In this document: piece by piece, positions 14,189 through 26,000 of the stretch
Layout of the letters: every line of letters starts with the position of its first letter
How positions within the stretch are numbered: position 1 is the stretch's first letter
Assembly: GCA_964187785.1 (NCBI GenBank)
Contig: OZ076409.1
Coordinates: forward strand, 97,404,001 to 97,468,000
Length of the DNA stretch: 64,000 nt
From: Amphiscolops sp. MND2022
Lineage: Eukaryota
Reading direction: 5' to 3'
Program-made: the position numbers and the translations under genes
The notes under the pieces: model-generated
What the model saw: the letters and a program-made list of their open reading frames with translations, nothing else
Told to the model about the DNA's origin: nothing
The model's database searches: none

Positions 14189-14971
14189 CCAGCCAATAAA
14201 AACAAGAAGAACAGGGAGCGGTGGTGGAAAACAGGAAAGTACTTTACGCTTCGATTAGCGGTTAACGCTGATATCTAGGGCCAGTGAAGCAGTAGTACTT
14301 ACGCTCGAGCCCCGAAGTGGATCAAACCTTTTTTATGCTTGCAAATATAAAGGAGAGACCAAAGTTTCCCTTTTTGGTTCTTTTTCGGCACTGTGCGACT
14401 TACCGAAGAAAGTTTCCCATATTTTTTTTAGATTATCTGAATATTTGGTACTGTAGGACGGATGAGAGACTTGTCAAAAATTTATGATTGTATGTTAAAA
14501 ACTACGTCTGATTTGGCTCTGTGCAACTTTTAACAATTTTTCCCATTCACTAGAAGATCACTGCTTCGGTTTTTTGATATTTTTAATCAGAAAAGTTTTG
14601 GTTACCCAGAAAGCTTCGCTTTGAAATTTTTTCGTCCTTGTAAAACTTTTTCGAAATTGTTTTTCTCCATGTTCCCCTATCGTGGGAGTTGATAACAAAC
14701 GCGTGAAGAGACTCTTGCACCAGTTAGTTGGCAGTAACCCAACAGAAGAAAAGCGTTCGTTGTAACTTTTACAACGAAGAGCTAAATGTATACCAGTTTT
14801 CTCCAATTTATGCGTAAATTTTTCAATTTTCTTATTACTTATATTTGTTGTTTAAATTATTTGTAATTTGCGACAAGTTTTCCACTTTAATATTTTTGGC
14901 AAGTTGCTTTTCGACTTTTCCTCGTTTCATTTTCGACGAATTTTCCTAGATTCTATGGGTACATGTATAAC

Positions 14972-16860
14972 TGTCATGAACGTTTAGCTCAGGAAAATCA
15001 TTGTTAAACTGATTCCCATCTTGTTCATTTCTCAAGTTGTTCTTTGCGTTTAGGTTTCGCTGAACTTCGGAATTTAATTCCGGTCTCTCGGACAAAACGT
15101 CCCATCCCTTTCTGGTCCCGTGTCCCGATCCGGCCATAATAACGTTTTGGATTTGAGGAAGTACCTGAGTACTTATTGCGTCGCTTATGGCCCTCTGTAT
15201 CTGAACACTTACAGAATTCATCATCTCGTCCATCTCCCGTGAAATGCGGGAATTTAGTTCACTTGACAACTTGTTAATCTCAGCACTAGAGGTAGCTGCA
15301 ACTGAATTATGATCATATTCGGTATTTGCTCTAGAATGATCATTTCTCTGATTTCCATCTACATTTCCATTTTCATTCTCAGACTCATTGCTCGCGAAGC
15401 TTCTAGACCTTCTTGGCAAGTTACTGTTCAAACTACCTTCTCTCTCTCTCTCTCTCTCTTGCGTTAAAGTGATTTTCACCCAACATAATATCGATGTTCT
15501 CGATATCTGATAGCATTTCGAGTCCTCTTGACTTTCTTGCCTTTTTATGTTTCCTAGTAGTAGGCATAGAAATGGTTCCGAATCAACAATGAATTATTAA
15601 ATACGGAAAATAACAGCGAAGCCGTTTGTAATTCAATCTTTACTAGTAGCGTCTCAAAAGAATTGTGTCCCACTCAGGCCAAGTACCGGTATATATACTT
15701 ATGAGGGGATGACATTCACATATTTTACATACTTCTAGTCAAGATTGGTATTTCGAGATATGTAATGTACAACGTTTGAAAAGGTATTTAGGTTACTAAA
15801 TACCTCCAGTTATATACTTCACATATCATTGGATAGGATCAAAGCACATTTTTCAACGGAATCCCAATTGGGATAATTCCTAACATATACATGTTTGTCA
15901 TAACTGCAACATCAAACAATTGGTTTTTTGACCGATGTGAATACCGGTACAACAAGCAACATATTCATGGAAACATTATTCATTGTCAACAAATATCATC
16001 ATCTGTTGATGGAATGTAAAACACGCATCAAAGGTCCTCTGAGCTAGCACGTGCCGCCATGCGGCTATCAATCAACATTGGAGAAACTAAGATTAAATAA
16101 TACATGTCCCATGTATCTAAAATATTACTGCCCTATAATTACAAAGTGTACTCTAGTAAGGCCGAAATTGGCCAAATCCAAACTATCGGTATAGCATCAA
16201 AGGGGAAGGGGTAAAAGGCCCTATTCGGCATATTAATACAATTGGTTTATTTAATTCACAAGGGTGAGTACTGGTGTTATTTAGCACTAAACGCAAATTC
16301 AAAGTGGTTCCTGGTTAATTTAGCTAGTTATTAGTGCAAATTATTCATCATTGGTGTATTTCGCCAAGACGGCCGGAACCGGCCGTTTGACCAAGGCATA
16401 GAACGAAGTGCATTTATTCAGTCAATTGGCCTTACTCGGCCGTTAGCATATCAGAGTTGTATTGAGTTCGTAATTGGAGCGTTGTGATTGGCTAGGACGG
16501 TGAGCTCAAGTGACGCTTTTGGATTAGCACTGTGCATCACTTGAACACGTTTCCTATACCGCTTCACACTTGCTTGCATTTACGTATCTTTGACAATTTA
16601 CATTCTAACTGCACTTCAATACATAGTAACCCGATCTGGATATTTCCAAATCGTATAATTTTAACAGACTAATATGTATACATGTATAAATGAGAAAACT
16701 TAACAACGTCAATAAATACATCGTATCCAAGACAGTAAAACAGTGTAAAAGTTTACTTAATTACTCTTTGACTAATAAATCGGAAGTGTGCCGGAAGCCG
16801 TCTCCTGTCCTTGCGTAGTCGTCGTGATCCTAGTGCCGTCACAGGCGGCAGCCTGCGACA
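14972..16860 (-). repeat. 3' LTR (1889 bp)
   Basis: About 98-99% identical by eye to 29406-31299 (roughly two dozen substitutions, a 4-bp (CT)n difference and a 1-bp indel). Confidence 0.95.
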
Positions 16861-17557
16861 CTGCGGGTGCTAGGAAAAGTAAGCTGCCGGCGTTAAGTCC
16901 ATTTGAATAGGCTTCTCTTCGTAGCGCTGTGATATAAGCGGGCTCACTCTTGTGCGGCGATCTTGCCATATACCAGTTGATCTTCTCTTGTTTTATCTGG
17001 TCTGTTGACTTGCCGCAAACCATGCAACTGTGACATCTCTGTCGGCTTAGGTCCGCGTACAGTAACACATTTTGTATGTGGTAAGAGGCGTGGAAATTGT
17101 CACTTACTGTCTGCGGTATTGGAGTATCCAGTGATGGCCCCTTCTCATGTTCTGGGGGGGACATAGGTGATTCTAGGATCGGGAGCACAGTACTACACAG
17201 CTCGATTCTTGTCTTCTGCTTCTTGGAGGGTGCAAGGCACTTTTCCTTGTCAAAGTATTTGAAGCCCAGTTTGGGGGTAGAGGGTGGAACCATTTGTGCG
17301 TTGCTAGGTCCCGCTTCCATCTCCTCATCTAACCCCTCAGTTGTCATTACTCGTCCTGCGATGAGTATCGAGCTTGATTTAACTTCCCTTTCGATCCTAT
17401 TGATCAGTGCCTCCGTGTCCGTTGACAAGTCTAAATCCCAATCACTAGACACTTCGTCCTCGCTGTCACTGGAAATGTATACCACTGAATCTGCTGATTC
17501 TTCAGAGCTTTGCTCTTCAAAGTCAAAGAGCTTTTTCGACAGGTTAAATCTCTGCAT
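16772..17557 (-). CDS. Intact 261-aa accessory ORF of unknown function in the env position; its last 89 nt lie inside the 3' LTR
   Basis: Uninterrupted ATG-to-TAG frame. Acidic N-terminus with VVYISSDSEDE, a Cys cluster CHSCMVC, and C-terminus [15 protein letters not shown] echoed in both solo LTRs. Confidence 0.7.
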   Translation of the reverse strand: MQRFNLSKKLFDFEEQSSEESADSVVYISSDSEDEVSSDWDLDLSTDTEALINRIEREVKSSSILIAGRVMTTEGLDEEMEAGPSNAQMVPPSTPKLGFKYFDKEKCLAPSKKQKTRIELCSTVLPILESPMSPPEHEKGPSLDTPIPQTVSDNFHASYHIQNVLLYADLSRQRCHSCMVCGKSTDQIKQEKINWYMARSPHKSEPAYITALRREAYSNGLNAGSLLFLAPAVSQAAACDGTRITTTTQGQETASGTLPIY

Positions 17558-18617
17558 TATTAGTTTTTTCGCAATCTTGATAAGTGCAAGAGGTAACTGG
17601 TTTAGTCAAAACTTCGGTGTGGAATGAAGTCCCCAATTTCTAGAATTCAGCCGAGTCAGGCATTTTCCCGGCATCTCATTTTGGCGGTTGAAACTTCGGT
17701 AAAACATCCTAACCCGACATAAACATTCTTGAATGGAATTTCATCACCAGTCGGCATCCTTTGATAGCTTAGTGTTTACCCCTTATCAGTGTCATCACTA
17801 GAAGAGGTGTGAATGACGCTCGACTTATGAATATCAACTACACCCGTCTCAAGTGGGTAATTAACGGGTCGCTTGTAAGCAATTAACGGCACGCGTCACC
17901 AAAATTTCTCGTAATGGCTTCAGCCAATCAGAGCCAAGCTTCGATAATTTGAAAAATGAATAATAAAATGGCGAAAATAGTAAATCCAAATAATCCAAGA
18001 TGGCGAAAATTCTAACTAAGGGTAACTAGGGCAACTGGACAAAACGGCAAAACAAAACAGGGCAAACGGCCATAACCGGCCTCTAACTAAATAAGCTGTA
18101 AATAACAAAGTTCTTTGTACACTTCGCTGGCAGACTCCATGTACAGAATAAATATGTAGATAATCCATAATATTAGTCTGGTAATAACCTTCAGCCACGA
18201 ACTCCAACTTTCCAATTTCTTCAATTCTTTTACCCAATTTTAATTCAATTTCAATTCTGATCATCTTTTGCTTCTTCATCCATACCCTTTCAATTGGCAT
18301 CAGTCTACTTACATCACTGTCTCTCTTGTCCCTAACAACTCTCCGTTTCGGATAATCTGTGGGTCCCCCCTTCTGTCAGGATTGGCACAATTCCACGATT
18401 CCGACCAGCTGGATCAAGCCTCTTTACGTTGGGATAACAGTATTGGAGAAAACATGTCATCAAATACAGGTTGGTCTGGTTTCCACATATTGAACTAATT
18501 TAGCTTGATCAAGGCTAGACTTCGTTCATACAGCGCTTCCTTTTTCCACTAATAGACTCGTGATAACACGTTTTGTTCAACTCTGAAACACTTCCGGAAG
18601 ATTTCTAACGCGGTAAT
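17558..18617. promoter_or_regulatory. Candidate internal bidirectional promoter between the two divergent accessory genes
   Basis: Head-to-head gene geometry. NF-Y-type AGCCAATCAG at 17922-17931 and two YY1/Pho-like motifs AA(A/G)ATGGCG at 17965-17973 and 17997-18005. Confidence 0.4.
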
Positions 18618-21600
18618 ATGGATTCTTTTCGAGGAAGCATACCGCCAAATTTTATCTCTTTTCGTTTAGAGAACCAAACAACCGAAGTTGCCAACGCACC
18701 AGCCGACCTTCCTAACAATGCTCCAACAGTCAATCCCCCAACTGAGCAGAGTGGGCAAGTCCAAAACCCGGATTTATCTCAAAGAATGCTTCGCGGTCAT
18801 GCAGATGACGTTACATCCACACATAGTGCTGAAAGTGATCCAGATGTTACTACATACGCGGAAAATATGGTGCGCCAGCTAGAAGGAGCACAAGAACTCG
18901 ACCGACCACAGGGAGAAGCAAAGCAAATGGAGCCAACTCAGGACATTGTTCCTGGTACTCAATTAGATTCTCCTGACTCACCTACTACAGAGGCCAGGAG
19001 AGCTAGCACGCCGCTCTCAGTCAATGAGGGGGAAACCCCGAATGCTGATCTGTCTGCTCTGGAGTCCGCTCTCCGAGTGGTAGAGACGTCAGATTCTCGA
19101 TTGGCCGAACTAGTAAATGTCGACCTCCCAGGCAACAACACGGGCAGCAATTCGCCTGCACAACAGGACACTGAAGTAGCATCCTCCGTTGGTGATGTCC
19201 CCCCTCTCCCTGGAGGAGAATTCAAGGTCCGGTACCTGACTGACCCCAGTGGAGACGAAGGCCCAACAGATCAATCCAGCATATTTGTTCCAGTAGCCTT
19301 ATACGGTCGCCATTCCTTCTCTCACGCCTCTGAAATTGAAGAGGGAGACGATATTGGATCTGAGCTTCTTGTTACTGGTACCAGTGGGCAGACGTCCGGG
19401 CAAGGCACAACCCAGAAAGCGCCTCCACACCTTTCCGGGAAAAGTCGAGCAATCCTCAAAGAATATTTCGACGAATCACCCTCCACTCGATTTCCAGTAA
19501 GACAAACCACCGTCACCTTTACTGAACCGCAAGTATACCACCTTCTTAGAGTCCTCACTGATGAGACCCTCGGGAAATCCTTTTCGGCCATGGAGCGCAT
19601 GGTCATCGATGCAGTCCGAGGTAAGCCAACTGTTACCCCGTCCAGAACTGCGCACTTCTACTCAGGCAGGCGCGCTCAAACTCCAGGACCCGGTAATGCT
19701 GGAGATTCTATTTGAAGTGATACTGAAGGAGACGCTACACTAAGGGGCAAAAACTCGGAGCCGTCCAGTTGTGGAGAAACAGGCGATTCTTCGTATTATG
19801 GGGAGACTGACAGTCTACCGAAATGGATTTAATATCCAAATCCTTCAAGAAACCCACTAGTGCCCAGGATGCCCCGGAGCCTCAGTTGTCGAGCCAGGAG
19901 GTCCAAAGAGACACTGATACTGACACGCCGAATTACAGTAGCCAAGATGCCACAATGCTTGAGGTCAGGGATCAAGTTCTGGGCACTACCACTGCCAGCT
20001 CGTCCAAACCCAGGAAAAAGAAAGGCAACAAAAACCTTTCTAAACGAGGCGTCCCCATGCGAGAGGAATTCTTTTCCAAAATCGGATGGACGAGATCCTT
20101 CATATCTGGCCCTGCTGACCCACTCCATAACCCTCATATGGTTTGGTGTCATATCTGCAAGAAAAACTTTTCGATCAAGTCTAAAGGTCCCTATGAGATA
20201 CTCAGACATCACCGGACGGAGCGCCACTTGCGGCGAGACCAACGATGGCGTTATGAACACTTGCGGAGTACCGACCCAATTACCGGAAAGACGCAGCACC
20301 GAGTCCGGGGTGGCAATGGGAAGCTTCTGACTAAGGTTGAACTTGCTAAAGAATTGCCCAAATTCAAGAACCTTGAGCTTGTGGATATAGGAGAACGATT
20401 CCCTTTTTACAACGATTTCGTCAAGGGATCCACAACGGCCTTAGTTACTCCAGAAGCCCGCATCAAGACCCAACTCTGCCTGGTCGGAGACTTCATCAAG
20501 ACTCAGGGTGATCTGATGGTCCTACGCAATTTGTGGTCCCGAATGGGACCATTCACCAATCATCAAGCCACCTTCAATGACTTTGATTGGGGAGAAGAGA
20601 GATTGTCGGTTAGTACCATTTTCTTTAGTTGTTTGAGCCCGAGTCTAGGCAAGGGTTTAGAGAGAATTTTGTTTCTAGACAATCTTCCAGCACTTCTTCA
20701 TCTGTTGCCTTGACGACATAGCAGAACAGGTCAACTCTCAACAGTGCTTTGCCCTTGAGTTTGAAGTAGTTGGAGTATACAAGCACATGTCTGTCAAGTT
20801 CTGGAAAGGCTCCGAACTTTGTAGGGTGTTTATCTGCAGCAGTTCTCGAGGCACTACTGACGTGACCGGGGAGTTGGGGTCCCTTTCCCGGTTCCTTTCC
20901 GCTGTGTCCACCAAACCCGGAATAGTTGCCTGTCCCGGATGCCACCCGGACCTACCCAGAGCCATCGACGAATCAGAGTATTATAACCAGGGTGTTCAAA
21001 GTTGCCTGCGTTTCGAGCACTTCTCACTACCACGACTCATGCACAAGACCAGCTACAGTGTCTTCGGGAAGATTGCTTTCTTCTCCGTCCTACAATCCTT
21101 GATGGTTTCCTTGGGCGAATCTCTTATGGAAGACTGGGTGATTCGTAGCCCTGAACTCACTAAAGTAAGTAGTTTCTACATGGAAATTCCACTGGGGGAA
21201 CAAGGTCTAGGTAGGGACGTTTCATTTGTCCAACGTGTTTATTTGGACCCGGTTGCTATTTCTAGGCTATAACTAGTTGTAAGCTCGATGTGACAACTCT
21301 ACCTGTCCTCTGTCGTGAACTTATCGCCGAATGGAAGTCCGTGGTTCGGTACCTCACCACCCATGCTCCTCTGCAAGAAGCATCAGGATCTAGAGGAAGG
21401 ATTAGATTTTTCCCATTTTCCACTTGAACCCATAGGAATTCAAGTCGTCCTTTTCCACTAGGCTGATCTAAGGTCCACTTTCAACTGTTGGATTGATGTC
21501 GGTCTGTTCCAGGTGCAAAGCTTTGAATGGTCACTGATATGTGATGAGTTCTTCACCGTGAAGCTGGAGTTCTTCAGTAAGATTGTCAGTGATTGTTAGT

Positions 21601-22862
21601 ATAGTTTGTTATTAGCCCAGTGGTAGTAAGTTGTCCTGGACCGGACATTAGTTTTGTTTTCAGTCGTGACCAGTTTCTCAGTGAGCCTGCAGTACCGCCG
21701 TGATTCGTCCTTCCATCTGTGCGGGGAGGTCAGCCATTTCCTCAGCCTGCTTTGCTCTCGGATCTACACCCCGGACACTGCCCCTGTAGCTAATGCCTGG
21801 TTTCTCCTCCTCTGTTTCCAGACAAGCGAGGGCACTTTCCTACCCGGAGATGAGTACCTGATCCGGCTCAAAATGACCAACAAGGTGTCGACAGCGTGCA
21901 AGGCAAGGGCTGAAGGTATCCATTTCGGCCAGAAAACTGAACGGGCTGCCATCTTAGCTAGCGCTGAGACAGTGAAAGCTGACTTCGTCAAAGACAGTCA
22001 ACAGTACATCCACTTCGTGATCAATGGGGTTCTCCAGCGGACGGGGCTCAGCACCAATCTCGTGAAGGGACTAGCAGCCTTTGACCCCTACATCATGCTA
22101 AAGAGGCCAATGGATGTGGCTTCGCGGCACTTTGACGTGCTTTACAATACCTTCACGCTACGATCGTGGGTCGATGATTCAAACGAATCTCTATGTAGGG
22201 ACCAATATATTCAGCTACTAGACCACCTCCGTACTGCTTACGGTTCCAGCTTTGATATTACTAGTGTGGCAGCCGACCTGATTGAGTTCCTGATGGTGCT
22301 CGACTTTCTCCACGAGCGTTCTCATCTTTTGTACCTTTTTAAGTTGAGTTGTTTGTGTACAACTGTTACCAGCCCCAGTTATCCAGATGTCGTCTTTGGA
22401 GATGTCACTACTGCCGGAGGGCAAAATTGATTCACTGACCTGGTTTTACCTTGTCAGAGTTACATGGCTAATGTTGCTGGTTCCGTCATTCGAAGCAGTG
22501 AAGATTCCAACCTCACCAAGTTTTCTGCCCTCGCTGCATCTTTTGGACGCGCTGCCTTCTCCCCAGAGTACGAACCCTGGACTTACACGGACACTTTTGG
22601 CCGGTCAAAGATATATAAGTCCCTCTTAGCCACCCATCCTAAGGCCGATTCAGCTCCGAAGAGGGTCTCAGTGCAAGGTGATTTGGAGGGAAATAGTACT
22701 GTGTGTGACCAATCCGCTGTGAGGTCCCTAGCAGCAAAAAGCAAAAGAGGGGTGGGAGCGGTTCGCGGTCGTCCACATCTTCTGTTGCTGGGAGTCCCAG
22801 TAAAGACTCCACCACTAAGTCCTGATTTTGTTCATATGTATTTATGTACGTACAAACTGTAA
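18618..22862 (+). pseudogene. Antisense, intron-containing accessory gene: disordered N-terminus, BED-like zinc finger, degenerate hAT-transposase fold (~1300 aa reconstructed)
   Basis: GT-AG introns 20609-20678, 21165-21265 and 21595-21663 join the ORFs in frame; a fourth (~21395-21461) has a non-GT donor. Motifs: WCHICKKNFSIKSKGPYEILRHHRTERH, CFALEFE, ELIAEWKSVVRYL, LEFFSKIVSDFVTSFSVSLQ, GLAAFDP. Stops at 19713 and 22428, frameshift near 19815. Confidence 0.75.
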
Positions 22863-23063
22863 ACTTTGTTTATTTTCTGTTTTGTTGTTTTATTTATTCT
22901 CGTTTTGTTTTCTTGGTTGCCTGATCCTGTATTTGTCTTTCTTTGAAAGGGATCGCCTTTAAGTCCCATTATTTATTCAAAAAATACTGACTCTCATGGG
23001 ACTAAAAAAAAGAAAAGGAAAATCCGATTCAGGGCTTATCTCCTGAACTGAATTCAGTCTTTC

Positions 23064-26000
23064 CTAATATCTGAAGTCTTCTGAGTAGTTTTGGTTAGGG
23101 TTAGGTCTGAGGTTATATTTCCCTCCTCTAGGGCTCAGACTTTCATTTCTAGCGTCGCTTTCAGATATTTCGGGCACGATAATATCATCCCCCTTTTCGG
23201 AGAATTTTGTGCGTCGTTTTCATTCGTCACATTTCTTTCTGAGAGAACTTCATCATTTTTTGGTCTTTCATCCGTATTCGGCAAAGTTTTTTCTTGACTT
23301 TTCGGGTGAACGGCCGGATTCGGCCAATCAGATTTGTCATTGCTAGCCGCTTCACTAGCTTCATTCCTTTTTGTGACGTCATGATTTAATCTTTCATTCC
23401 GGTTCCGCGCCGCGTGGTCAGCGTAGTTTGTTTCGTCACTCGTGATTATGTAATCCGGTTCATTCTCGGCTACGTCATTTGTATTCGCTTCTGGCACGTT
23501 CAGCCGTTCGCCATTCGGCATGCTGGTCGGAATAGTCTCGTTGCCTCGTGTAAATAGTTGCTCGCCAAAGTCGGTTTCCCACGTTATGACGTATAAATCA
23601 TCTTGCGGAATGACAATTTCTTCATCTGTCTGCAACTGTTGTTCTCGGAAATTGTCCTCAAGCGGTTGATTGGGGACAAACTTCTTGAGACGAATACGAT
23701 GCAAAATTTGAGTTTTGTTCGTATTGAACCGTCGTACTATATAGTTTTCATTTGGCAAAACCTTTTGGACTACAAATGGTCCAACCCAACGGTAATCGCG
23801 GAATGGAATTTTTGATCCTTGAATGTCCGCTTTCGGCTGTAAGACAAAACAGTATTCGTTCTCCTTTAGTGGAGCGGCTTTTGCTTTGCGGTCGTAATAT
23901 TCGTTGTACTTGATATACGACTGCATAATGTTCTGCTTCGTTTTGTCGATCAGGATTTTTGTCCGGTTTTGGATTTCTTCAGCAAATTCGGTTGTGGGGT
24001 TGATCTGCTCGTTTGGATTATTTCCAAGCTTGTGATCCAAGATATTAAATGGAATTCGTCCGTGGAATACTCTCGTCGGCTCACAGCCGATGCTGGCGTG
24101 ATAACTAGTATTATGTTTCAGTACTGCTAATGGCAAGTATTTGTGCCACTGTCGGCGATATTCCCCACATGCCATTTTGAGATTTGTTTTCAATGAGGCA
24201 TGGGCTCGCTCCAGTTTCCCAATTGTTTGCGGGTGTTTTGTCGTTGCACATTTGAGTGTTATGCCCAAAATTTGCGTAATTTCCGCAATGATCGTGGACG
24301 TAAATGCAGTACCCTTGTCAGTAATAAGTGTCGTTGGTAGATATGAAAGTTTAGTCATGATGTCAATGAGCGCTTTTGCTACATTGATCGCTGATGCGTC
24401 CGTAAGGGGATAGGCGAACAAATATCTGGAGAATACATCAATTGCCGTTAGACATTTTCATACCCTCCACTTGGGGGAAGATTCGGCAATAAGTCGATTT
24501 GCATGGCGTCTTCAGGTCCAAGGTCCCATTCGGGCAAGTTGAGCAGCCCCGGTGTGATCGTTGCATTAGGGACTCGCTTGTCTCTTGCGCATTGTTCACA
24601 CCCCTCTACCCATTTTTTGACGTGTTTAGCCATGTTAGGGTAGTAATACCTCTGTCGGATTTCCTGCAACATTTTTGAAATGCCAGGATGTTTATGCGCT
24701 GTCCCGTAAAGAGACTGAAGCAATTCCTGTAGTAAATGTTGCGGGAGCAGAATTTGATGGTATTTAACGTTCCCTGTTTTGTCAAAGTATTGCCTTGTTA
24801 GGATTTCGTCCTTTAGTACAATTCGTTCCAGATTGTTTGCGTAATGTCTATATCGGGCATCCTGGTGCAGTAGATTTTCTGAATACTCTTCATGAAGCAG
24901 TTTTGCTTTCAATTGTTGTAGTACTGCATCTTTGGATTGCTCGATAGTGATCTGGTTCGTTTTCCTCAATCGGACTTGTATATCTGGGTGTTGCTTGATC
25001 AGATTTGTTGACAGAGTTTGTATAGTAACAGTGGGCTCATCAGTTGCTGGATTTTTCCTGATTGCTTCTTTCCTTGCCCAATACTGTTCCTCTGTCTCAT
25101 CGTCGTCATTGGTGTAGAAGATTTGTTCTTTTTGTGACACCCCTGCGGATTGGACATTGATTTCGATTGGTAGTGTTTGTACATCTTCACGAATTTTCAT
25201 CACCAATTTGTCCTTCGGGTCTGCTTCCAATCGGGACAAATATTCGGCAGCTGTATTTTGTGCCCCCGGGATGTGCGCTATGACAAAATTGAAATGGATA
25301 ACATAGTTACATGCGTTCCACAGTGCTGGGGGTATTTTTTTCGTTTGGAAAAATCGTGTTACAGGTTTGTTGTCTGTAAGGATGATGACCGGTTTTGGCG
25401 CACCCCAGAAGATATGTCCGAATTCTTTGAATGCAAAATAAATTGCAAGAAATTCTTTAGCATAAATTGACATCTTGATCTGTGCTGGGGTGAATGTTTT
25501 TGATCCATATGCGACCGGTGCATACGATTTTCTGACTGATGTAAATTTCTGGCTTGGGTCGTCTTCAATTAGGACCGCGTACCCGGCTGCACCAAAACTT
25601 GCATCAGTCATTAGTGCTATTTGCTTGTTCGGAATGGGTTGCTGTAGGGCCAGGTCGCAACATTTGTCTAGTGCTCTATTGATTTCTTCGAAATGTTGGA
25701 CTAATTCTTTCGATACTAGGACCTTTTCGTCACTTTTGAGCATCTTGTAGAATGGAGCAAGGCGTTCGGAAAGTCTTGGGACATAATTCCTGTAGTAGTT
25801 TAGGAATCCAAAATAGCGCTGTAAAGCCTTTTTCGACTTCGGGAATTTGGTCTTTTCCAGAAAGTTTTGCACATTCTGTTTCTGGGGTTTGACGCCTTGT
25901 GGGGTAATAGTCCGTCCGAGAAAATCAATTTTTTTTGCACCGAAGTGACATTTGTGCATTGTTAATTTAAGGCCTGCTTCTTGAATGCATTTGAACGTAG

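Noticed and set aside
14972..16860. 1.9-kb duplication as an assembly error or segmental duplication
   Set aside because: TG..CA ends, a 5-bp TSD, an adjacent PBS and scattered substitutions identify true LTRs.
17097..17627. 176-aa plus-strand ORF, and similar antisense ORFs over gag/pol
   Set aside because: Ser-rich shadow frames of the opposite-strand genes, with no independent support.
18454..18669. Possible small 5' exons of the antisense gene (ATG 18454, donor 18470, acceptors 18555 and 18669)
   Set aside because: Splice-like signals exist but I could not join them in an open frame, so the start is left unresolved.
16772..22862. env gene
   Set aside because: No signal peptide, fusion/TM anchor or furin-plus-TM layout, and the large gene is antisense with a nuclear-type zinc finger.
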